Assembly: GCA_965644265.1 (NCBI GenBank)
Contig: OZ286463.1
Coordinates: forward strand, 109,740,001 to 109,804,000
Direction: 5' to 3'
From: Glycera tridactyla
Lineage: Eukaryota
DNA length: 64,000 nt
Below the pieces are notes generated by a model. That model saw nothing but the letters and a program-made list of their open reading frames with translations. It was not told the DNA's origin and did no database searches. A program made the translations under genes and the position numbers. Within the stretch, counting starts at the first letter, position 1. Every line of letters starts with the position of its first letter. Of the stretch, positions 1 through 9,336 are shown in pieces.

Positions 1-2776
1 TCTATCCAATAAAAAAAAAACACAAGACGAAGAGTGTCACCGGATATTGCCATGAACCTTTCCATCCTCACAATGATGCAACTCATGTGCTATATGATGA
101 GCTGGGTATTTGAAATGGTTCCTTGATTATCCAAAATCCAACTACATCATCTAGACACTGACAATGATGATACCATTAAAGGTGAAGGCAACATAGATTG
201 AGAGAGAAAAAATATTGCCATGATAGAGGTATGTATAGTAGTACTACTTAATGGCAAGGAATTGAATGCAGTCTGGAAGTGGTTCCAGGGATATTTGCAG
301 AAAGCCTTCTGTTGGTGTCACAGACAGATACCAAAAGCTGATGAAGAAACCTCACATCATAAACATCAACCTGACATTATTTCTTGGCACATCAACATTA
401 AATGTGTCTGGCAGTACTAAGTCTCTCCAAGCCGAAATGATGTACAGAATGATTTCACCACCCAAAATCTACCTTGGAATAGTCATATGTATATGATCCG
501 AGATCCGAGATCCTTAACCATTACAGTGATTCCGGTTCTTGAGAACAACAGTTAAATTCAGGAAATTAAGTATCCAAGGTTGTTATCCAGGTATCTGGTG
601 TGCCAGATAATGAGGATATTATCTTAATGACGGATTCGGTTTCAAATGATCCTGAAGGCTAGGACGAATCATCATTTGTGAGACATAATAACCTACGTTC
701 ATTCCTGTAACACGTTGCAATATTTCAATNNNNNNNNNNNNNNNNNNNNNNNNNNNNNNNNNNNNNNNNNNNNNNNNNNNNNNNNNNNNNNNNNNNNNNN
801 NNNNNNNNNNNNNNNNNNNNNNNNNNNNNNNNNNNNNNNNNNNNNNNNNNNNNNNNNNNNNNNNNNNNNNNNNGGTTTTGTGTTATTCCCTGGATTGAAT
901 TGGCATTTTCATCAATTCAAGATTTCACCAAATATGATAAAGATATATATATGTTACTATAGCCACCATAATCGGTATCTTCGTGAAAATTCAAATTCAA
1001 TGATACTCTCATACTAATTGCTGATGTGAATGATATTCCGTATCCAGAAGTTTTCCACCGCATGAGATCCGCCAAGGAACTCGTACCATCACGTTATATT
1101 CCTACAGCTTCAATCTGAATGGACAGTAGTAAGGTATTCAAAAGTAAGGGTTAAATGAGAGTCAAGCGCTGCGGCTGATTGAATGACCTTGTCCCAAACC
1201 CACCAGGAGGTACGTAGGTCATCAGCGGATGTCTTGAAAAATGATTCCCAGGACAAAAGCTCATGAGCATCGAACAGATGGGTTCAATGGCGTCTGAAAC
1301 CCAAGTATCACGTAGAACAGCTTTTGACACAAGAGACAAGAAAGAAGCGGCCTCATGCCTGCAAGGCCTCCCCATACCACCTCCACATCTACCAGCAATA
1401 CCTACAGATATTTGAAAGTTAAATTCCAGTACGCACACACATTCTAGGATGTAATTTATGTTCATCAAAGCAAAATAATATTCCGGCTGTTGACATGTGA
1501 GATATCAAAGTGATGTACTGGTACATCAAAAGGAATGCTCTAATTCAGGATGTTCACTGTCCGTGTGAATTTAGTGAAGAATGATTAAACACTTGATGTT
1601 AGTACAAAATCTTGAATGAGGGTTCCTCTAAAATTCGGCTACAAGTTTATTGTAGGTCAAATTCATTGATTCTTTTGTGTTGATTACCATATTTGTATAT
1701 ATTTCAGTAGCTCAATATAGTGAACCGAACACATGAGTATTCCCAGCCTCTTTCATAGTGGGTGTTCGAGAGCACTATAAAATACAAATTTGGGAGATCC
1801 CTCTTTTGGGAGACCACCCTATTTTGAGAGACTGTTATTCATTGGTTTATTTCTTTTTGGTATAGTCAAATATACGTCCAATGAGAGACCACCTCTTTTG
1901 AGTGACCACTTGTGGTTGGTAGAGGTTTTATTGTATTTCCAATGACTCCAGAAGCTGTATTGCTATAAGAAATAGTCAAACTTTTAAATTTCAGTAGTCC
2001 AGGGTAGGGTGCAATGGGGGAGGGGCACAATAGAAGTCTGGTAAGTGGCACATCAAGGGGTGGATACCACAGAAATGATCCCATGTCAGCCACAGGTAAC
2101 CCAATTAAAGTCATATCAAGTAGCATCCTACACATATTCTCCTCCGAGCAAACCACAACTCTGATATCAAATAAAGGCTGTTCAAACACACCTCCTTTTA
2201 TTACACATATGTGGTTTTCCTCTTTTCAACCCAATAAAGTAGTCTTGTGAACTGGCATTGTGTACTGGCCTTGATTACCATATCTAGTCTAGTCTCGAAA
2301 AAAATGAATTTTTTTCATCAAAAATGAACAAATGAACCCGTCATCACCTTTCCACTTGCATGTAATCATATCCCATGAAGATTTACATGAAAATACTCCA
2401 ACCATCAATCAGTCCCACTAAGACAGCCTGTTGAATCATGGAAAGTCCTGGGTCTGGGAAGCAACATGCTTTGGAAGGGTTGAAGGTGCATGTGAGGTCA
2501 GAGAAGACTCAGAACCCACATCAACCGAACCATGAAGTATCTTTCTTAACTCTGCCTGGTGACAAAGAGCTATATCACCTGGTCATAATATATTTGACAT
2601 TGATTTCTCTCTCAGCTGGTCCAGAAAATGTGTTAGACCTGACAAGTTAGACAAGCTAATCACACTCATATCTCTTCAGGCTGGAAGGCATGCAGTCTGC
2701 ATTTCCTCGAGGAGTCCACCTGAAGAATCACAGTGTTAATAATAATTAAAATAAAACGATGATATTAATGATAATA

Positions 2777-2933
2777 CAGTAGAACCTGCTCAAGAGACGT
2801 CCTCCATACAGAGGCTGACATAATCTGTGACCACATTACTAGTTTTAACAGTAACTGACTCTACAAAGGCCACCTCTATACAGCAACCTCAACTTCGAAG
2901 TGACTGGGTATTTTCTTTTAACAGGTTTGATTG
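2777..2933. mobile_element. TA-flanked MITE of the CAGTnnAACCTG family (diverged)
   Basis: ta|cagtagaacctg ... caggtttgattg|ta. Confidence 0.6.
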
Positions 2934-3074
2934 TAATTTGTAGTGCTAATATCCACAAAAATGTTCTGATACCAATCTTTGCAATTTAGAACAGACATGG
3001 TAGAAAATGGGTAGGACCAAATCTCCAGTCTACCATTGCACAAACAGTAAAGATAGTGTTAACTTTAACACCAA

Positions 3075-3382
3075 ATGTACCATATCTTTTTGCACATGCC
3101 TGGAAGCGGGTGGAAAAATCACACTCTTCTTGAAAACATGGGGCAGCCAGACAATCTTAATTGTGCATATTCAAAGTTCAATACATGGGATGCAAACAGT
3201 ATATTCCACTCTAAAGATATATCACAGAAAACTTTTATAGAAGACCTTTACCATCGATTGGCAGACTTCATTCACCACATCCTCAAGTGAGACCACCACC
3301 AAGATTGTTACATAACTAAAGATGGCCAAGAATTTGTTTGGGAAGAATTCCAGGCATTCTTCAATTGTAAACACATGCAAAT
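3075..3382 (+). pseudogene. Decayed retroelement integrase-core relic, left half, interrupted by the gypsy insertion
   Basis: Translation ...AYSKF...ILK*DHHQDCYITKDGQEFVWEEFQAFF resembles the rve pattern DAHSKW...SDNGPQFVSEEFQAF; contains an in-frame stop. Confidence 0.4.
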
Positions 3383-5176
3383 TGTAACATTGCCGAGTAG
3401 GGTAGCGTTCACCATCAACATTTCACCATGGGTTAGTAAACAGGTAGGCAGTAAATGAAAACATTCACGTCAACTTGATTTAAATAGAAAATAACAAATA
3501 TTTATTCAACCTTAGACAGGAGAATTTATACGCAGTGTGACATGTAAAATGATGATTCAATTCAATTCAATAATTGTACAAGTATCATAGAAGGAGATTT
3601 TGCACCCCAGCTGATGACAATCTGGAATGATTCAGTAGATCTTGTCAATAACAACCACCTCTACAGGTAGACCATCACATAACACGGGCACTCAATAAAT
3701 AAAATCAGGGTTAGAAATCCATTGCAGGACCAATCACTTGCATGCCCTACCAATCAAGGACCAAAGGAGAATCTACCGGAGCAGGTAAAATTTGGGGTAA
3801 TTCCATGCAGGAATTTCCTTGAATGCCAATCTGGCCTCAATGACAAGGGGCTATTTCATATTTCTTGGCCTAAAATTTCCAATCAGATGCCAAATTTCCA
3901 AATGACTTTTCAGCATGAACTACAACCTTGCAGGTACATGATTACCAAACAGGAACCCTCACCTTAGGCTATAACCAGCCAAGTGGTTTAGATTCTGGAC
4001 AGCTATAAGGACACCAAGGACAGGACCATTCACTTTGGCAGCTAGAACCAGAATGAGGACTGCTGTCACTGGCCCATATTTATAGACTTGGCAATTCTGG
4101 CAGCCACGCCCCCAAACCGGTGCCTAAGCCAATCAACGCCATGGAAACTGGGTCAACATGGATGCCGCCAATTTTAATTCTGACAGCTACAAGTTGAATT
4201 TCCATCAATCTTCATCGTTTTTGACCTCAAAACTATGATTTATATAGCAAACTAGCCAGAAAATGCATTATTCTCAACATTTGGAGAAAGAAATGGCCAC
4301 AACAGTTGATAAAATGAGCGAAATAGGCGCCAAAGTGCAGGGGCAGAATTACATCTTGTCAGAATTGAAGTGGCAGAAATACCTAGCAGACAGCATGGCT
4401 TTCAATGTAAGTTTTACTCAATTTTACACCTTATTCATGCTAAACTCTGGGTGGGGTTTGGAGAAATACTAAAAAGCTATCTATTTTGAAGTATAAAAAC
4501 TGGTTTTGGAATTTATTTTGACGAATCTGTCACTTGAATCAGTGCCAAGATCAGCGATCGTGTCAGACTGGTTGTCAGCGTATCAGAACTGTCAGAATTC
4601 GAGCACAGGCACCAAATCACCCTGAAAACTGCTCAATTAACCCAAAATAAGCCCAAAACTCACATATTTCTGCACATTTCCTGATAAATAATTGATTTAG
4701 AGGTCCAAAACAAACAGGAAGTAGATTATTGGTTTGTTTACAATGATGCCTCCCGATCTTTGACAGGTAAAAACGATCTTTTCTAGGGCTAGAAAATGGG
4801 GTCTGACAGCCACAAATGTGCTTATTTCCACTCCAAACTGTGTGTTATTGATGATTCTCAGGCCCAACTACCCTATGAAGATGTGAATTGCTCATTTGAC
4901 AGCAGAATGCCCCTAAAAACAATCTATATCACTTGACATGTTTGCATACAGGGTGCTGTCAGATGAACAGTGAGCTAGTCAAAAGACACTCAGTGGAAAA
5001 CTAGGCCTGTCAGCCACAAACAGAGATCACCAGCAGCATATTGGCATTTTCATATAATGTGCTGTCAGAAAAGTGAAAACTAGTCACAAGACACTCAGCA
5101 GAAAACTAGGCCTGTCAGCACAAGCAGAGATCTCCAGCAGCATCATGCCAACAAAACAGCATGCTGGTTTGTTACA
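3383..5176 (-). repeat. 3' LTR (1794 bp)
   Basis: Same sequence as 16806-18599 in all segments compared by eye; preceded on the minus strand by a polypurine tract. Confidence 0.98.
3501..3506 (-). terminator. Candidate polyadenylation signal in the 3' LTR
   Basis: AATAAA on the minus strand, downstream of the predicted TSS-equivalent position (4054) and 118 nt from the LTR end. Confidence 0.5.
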
Positions 5177-5189
5177 CTCCTCCTTCCTT
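5177..5189 (-). other. Polypurine tract
   Basis: AAGGAAGGAGGAG on the minus strand, directly abutting the TG start of the 3' LTR. Confidence 0.92.
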
Positions 5190-5302
5190 AAGTTCTTCAC
5201 TCCGTGAAGACGAGAATAAAAATTATACTGGAGTTCCCGGCGGAACCATAATATAACAAAAATACTGAAATGGTATTTAACACCCACGTGGCCGGAAACG
5301 AA

Positions 5303-5670
5303 TTAGTCGCCGACACTGGCTACAACTCGGCAGTTCTCCCGACGATGGAATGTTAGTCGCCAAAACTGGCTCCGAGTTGACTCAAAAATACTCGTAATAG
5401 TCGCCAAAACTGGCTCAGAGATACTGCGATATCATGTATTAGTCACCAAAACTGGCTCAGAGATACTGCGATATCATGTATTAGTCACCAAAACTGGCTC
5501 AGAGATGCCGCGATATCATGTATTAGTCACCAAAACTGGCTCAGAGATGCCGCGATATCATGTATTAGTCACCAAAACTGGCTCAGAGATACTGCGACAT
5601 CATGTATCAGTCGCCACAACTGGCTCCAACTTGTCTAAAAATTATTCAGATAATCGGCAAAACTGGCTCA
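5303..5670. repeat. Tandem repeat, 42-bp unit (5 near-perfect plus about 4 diverged copies), upstream of the PPT
   Basis: Unit caaaactggctcagagatactgcgatatcatgtattagtcac at 5405, 5447, 5489, 5531 and 5573; the core tagtc(g/a)ccaaaactggct is kept in the flanking diverged units. Confidence 0.95.
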
Positions 5671-6070
5671 GATTTGGAGAAATACAGTGGAAAAAAGGAT
5701 AGGGTCACATATGTATAGTCACAGTTACCTGGGGTTACCACAAGGTAGACCCCTCACACCCAAACCAGATATTTTTGAACAGAATTCCTCTCCATGTACA
5801 TGTCAACCAGGAAGAATACATGTGAACATGCTGCAATCATTTCAATGGTAAATCCCGAAAACGCAATTTAAACCCGACCCGCTCAACATGAGGGGGCATT
5901 GCCACAACGATACATTTTACCAAAGCCCATTTAGATATTCACTACACTTCATGTCATCTGGAGTTGCACTGGTGACTTTGCACTGGAAATTGGGAGAAAT
6001 CTCACTCCATACAGCTGACTGACTGACTGTCTAACTGACAGACAGATGGACAGACGGACAGACACTTATG

Positions 6071-6074
<4 letters not shown>

Positions 6075-6156
<82 letters not shown>
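6075..6156. repeat. (CA)n microsatellite inside the retrotransposon
   Basis: About 41 CA units. Confidence 0.98.
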
Positions 6157-6158
<2 letters not shown>

Positions 6159-7055
6159 TGCATTTAATTCATCTTACTCATTTCCAGTTCACCAGGTGAC
6201 ATGCCCAAAACTCTTGAGTAAATGTAACCTCACTCAGTTGTCTCAATATTTACAAAGCATCAACTGAGTATGACTGTATATGTGAATTCTTTCTTGCATA
6301 CTCACATGCATGCACACACACATACACACACATTCACACAAATACCNNNNNNNNNNNNNNNNNNNNNNNNNNNNNNNNNNNNNNNNNNNNNNNNNNNNNN
6401 NNNNNNNNNNNNNNNNNNNNNNNNNNNNNNNNNNNNNNNNNNNNNNNNNNNNNNNNNNNNNNNNNNNNNNNNNNNNNNNNNNNNNNNNNNNNNACTTTAG
6501 TTGCCTTCTGGCAAATACATGGCACATCTAACCCTGTTTTACAAACAGCAAGGACGGAGATACGTGGCATTTTCACCATATCAAGCAGCATGGTGCAAAT
6601 AATTGAAAAGAGCAGGTTTTAAACCACTGCTGGTTGAACTTATATATACTGTACAATTGTAGTCAGTTGACTGAGGAGAGATCACAGAGCGACTTACAAA
6701 AAGAAAAAAAATGGCTACCATCACAGGAGAGCACAGCTCCTTACAGGAGCTAACTGAGATACCGGAGCTAATTGATGATGTACGTAAAAACAACAATCAT
6801 TGCCAAGCCCGTGAAACTTCTTATCATGCTTCATGAATAAAGCACCATATAAAACCTGTTTCTGGTTACACTTATTTGAACTAAGGGTAACAATTGAATT
6901 GTATGTATGATATACACTTGAAATATTTTACCGTTCATGAACAGCCATATTCAATCAATAACCCTGCTTTTGTTTTCTTTCTGTTTCAGGTATGACAACA
7001 GCCAGAATCAAGGAGACTCAGGCTCTAAGAAGAAATATTTATATAATAACATCAC

Positions 7056-7190
7056 ATTGAATCAGGATGACTCAATGGGGAATCGAACCCCGTCCACATG
7101 ACCAGCCCAAAAATAAGCCTTACCACACAGAAACCACACAGGAATATCCTCAGTCAAACTGAGGGGGGAATCGAACCCCAATACATGGCC
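7056..7190 (-). ncRNA. Two tRNA T-arm / B-box-like structured modules immediately 3' of ORF4
   Basis: GGGG-TTCGATT-CCCC at 7179-7165 and 7091-7077, each preceded by GGYCATG and followed directly by a hairpin of different sequence. Confidence 0.45.
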
Positions 7191-7207
7191 TCATACGGAC
7201 GGAAATA

Positions 7208-8440
7208 CTAATCTTCCTTGTATGACACCGGGATCTTCGCTTCCTGGAAAAGCTTGATTATCCAGGCTGTCTTCTGCTCACGAAACATCATCCTCAGGTT
7301 AGCTATCGCAGGGCTACCGGCCAACCTGCCTGCCTTCGACAGTTGGCTCACGTGCCGGTACATATGAGCCCGGGTATGTAGAAGCTCGATGTCTGCAGGG
7401 TCTTTCGGAACTGGCAAGGGCTTTGATCCCGGCAGCATGAGGAAATTATATCTTGCCACCAGAGGATGGGGGTCACAGGTAATACTGGGACGGCTGCCAT
7501 AGATCCGTTTCTCCAAGTCAACCATCAAAAGAAAGGCGGCCTGGTAGCGGCGGTCAGCGTCCATCTCCTCCCAGTCTTGCGGTGGCCAGTTTTCGGTACC
7601 ATCTTGATAAGGCAAGGTGATGAACCGCGTCTTGGATGAAAAGTCCCGCCTTGCTGGTGGAAGAAACGGGAGACAGCCCTCCTCCATGATCCTCCCTGCC
7701 GACACCGTGAACGGGACTGGGGGGCTAGGTGTAACTGGCCCTGTCGAAACTAGACAAGGGGTGACCGGCAAGGCAGGTGATGGATCACACGCCTCGATGA
7801 CTGGTTGCACTCGCGTGATTGGGGTAGGCCCGTAGGTCGGACCACCCATGGCCCCTTGCCACCCTGGTGAGTATGGCATTTCCACTGGCGTCTGGGACGG
7901 CGAATATGGTTGCTTCGATGGCGCTGGAGAGGCCCACAGATTGGCAGAGGTGTTGGCCGGGAGATTCTCCAACGGTGCCTTCCTTTTACGGATCACCGAC
8001 CTCTCCACGGCCAGCGCCCAAGTTGCCTGAATCTCCTCCATTGATGGGCCCTCCTCTTTCCGGCAGTTCGCCAAGACGAGCCGTACCCATGGCCGGGCTT
8101 CCACGTTGTCCTTCGGGCATGGCCGAGAGCACCAGGCATAATAGAGTGGCTTCGTGCTCAGGTAAAAACACGCTTTGCGTGTGAATGATGCCGGCGGAAT
8201 ATTCTCTGTGTCATGTTCAGCCATGGCATGGACTCTGAACCGGGCCACCTTGGTAAAGGTCTGGCGGCACCAGGGGCAGGCCACCTCACATGCCCGGTGC
8301 AACCCCTCAAGGTGGTTCAACTGATCCTTCATCGTTGCAAAGGAAACATCACACTCCTTCACCATGCACTTGATGCTTTGCAGCGTCTCCATTGCTGTAA
8401 TCAGAGATACCCCATGCATTAGCTTCATGAACTTCCCCAT
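7208..8440 (-). CDS. Accessory ORF4: 410-aa protein with two N-terminal C2H2-like fingers, a basic NLS, a Pro/Ser-rich linker and an unknown C-terminal globular domain
   Basis: CMVKECDVSFATMKDQLNHLEGLH (CX4CX12HX4H) and CPWCRQTFTKVARFRVHAMAEH (CX2CX12HX4H); RKRKAP; an intact 1233-nt ORF in a GC-rich segment flanked by AT-rich DNA. Confidence 0.85.
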   Translation of the reverse strand: MGKFMKLMHGVSLITAMETLQSIKCMVKECDVSFATMKDQLNHLEGLHRACEVACPWCRQTFTKVARFRVHAMAEHDTENIPPASFTRKACFYLSTKPLYYAWCSRPCPKDNVEARPWVRLVLANCRKEEGPSMEEIQATWALAVERSVIRKRKAPLENLPANTSANLWASPAPSKQPYSPSQTPVEMPYSPGWQGAMGGPTYGPTPITRVQPVIEACDPSPALPVTPCLVSTGPVTPSPPVPFTVSAGRIMEEGCLPFLPPARRDFSSKTRFITLPYQDGTENWPPQDWEEMDADRRYQAAFLLMVDLEKRIYGSRPSITCDPHPLVARYNFLMLPGSKPLPVPKDPADIELLHTRAHMYRHVSQLSKAGRLAGSPAIANLRMMFREQKTAWIIKLFQEAKIPVSYKED

Positions 8441-8547
8441 ACACTGGGTTAGTATGAACAAGAGGGGATGGCTACCATGCTTGGCATTTCAACTCAAAAC
8501 TTCAAGAAAAAAAAAAATGAAGAAAACTGAAGGAAATCAATCAGGCT

Positions 8548-9336
8548 CTACAGCTCTCCATCAGGATGCAGGTCCAGCTCCCAGTCACTCTCATCTTCAG
8601 CACCACTATCATGAAACACATCCTTGGCAGGAGCCCCAGCATCAAACTGCATGTCACCGAAGGATGGTCCTTTTGAGGCCTTCCATTTCCTTCTCGGATT
8701 CTGGGTGGCCACCGCCTCCTCAGGTGGGACACCTCCAACCGCCCCCAAAACAGGGGACGGCCTTGCTGGAGATCTCCCCGGAAGCGGTCCACCCAACCTG
8801 ATGACCCTTCTCTCGTCCTGCGGCAGAGCCGCTTCGAATTTGTGTAGATCGGCCCGCCTGACAGGCAGGTCCGATCCGACCGGGATGGTGACCCCATGAA
8901 CCTTGCGGTAGTGCCGCCGAATCTCATCCCGCCTATACTTAACGACGTCACAAGATACACATTCATAACTCTTGGCGGACGCTGGCCTAGCACAAACTGT
9001 GCGCAAATGTCGATTCAGGCCCTTTCGCTTGGCAAAGGATGCCCCACATTGTGAGCACTGGCATTCAGCCTCAGCTGCCACTTGATTCGGCTCATGGCCC
9101 ACCTCCACCGGGAAATCAAGGTTGGTGGATGTCCCCTTGTCCATATGTGTGGGGCGGTCTCCCTCAGGCCTCCGATACGGAGCAAATCTCCATGGAGTAG
9201 GGCTGTCCTTTACACCAGGACGATCGATCGAGACCTGGGGCTCTGACACATGTCTCCCTGCACGGGATCCATGGCCAGGCTCTACCCTCCGCTTTCCCTC
9301 AACCATACTGACTACGAAATTCTCCCAAGTCATCAT
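8548..9336 (-). CDS. Accessory ORF3: 262-aa protein with two zinc fingers (C2HC and C2H2) and an acidic C-terminus
   Basis: CSQCGASFAKRKGLNRHLRTVC and YECVSCDVVKYRRDEIRRHYRKVH; ATG lies 3 nt after the acceptor-like ttttctttccttgttacag (AG at 9341-9340); C-terminal EDESDWELDLHPDGEL. Confidence 0.8.
   Translation of the reverse strand: MMTWENFVVSMVEGKRRVEPGHGSRAGRHVSEPQVSIDRPGVKDSPTPWRFAPYRRPEGDRPTHMDKGTSTNLDFPVEVGHEPNQVAAEAECQCSQCGASFAKRKGLNRHLRTVCARPASAKSYECVSCDVVKYRRDEIRRHYRKVHGVTIPVGSDLPVRRADLHKFEAALPQDERRVIRLGGPLPGRSPARPSPVLGAVGGVPPEEAVATQNPRRKWKASKGPSFGDMQFDAGAPAKDVFHDSGAEDESDWELDLHPDGEL

Noticed and set aside
100-1468. Possible decayed SWIM-finger / YqaJ-like transposon ORF (GRCGGGMGRPCRHEAA; GFFIS...LAIK); similar hints at about 21.2-21.5 kb and 33.56-33.85 kb
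   Set aside because: Key Cys and catalytic residues are missing and frames are broken; the resemblance is too weak to call without a profile search.
3722-4472. Duplicated 81-aa and 69-aa ORFs (also at 17145 and 17686)
   Set aside because: They lie inside the LTRs; duplication is explained by LTR identity and there are no protein motifs.
5303-5670. CRISPR-like appearance (constant core with variable spacers)
   Set aside because: Eukaryotic context, no cas genes, and the central spacers are near-identical; it is a tandem repeat within a retrotransposon.
6711-6836. Plus-strand 41-aa mini-ORF (MATITGEH...) with nearby splice-like signals (acceptor about 6990)
   Set aside because: Splicing does not extend the frame and there is no homology evidence; an antisense transcript cannot be supported.
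7208-9336. ORF3/ORF4 as an env gene
   Set aside because: No signal peptide, no transmembrane anchor and no fusion-protein pattern; they have zinc-finger and NLS features instead.
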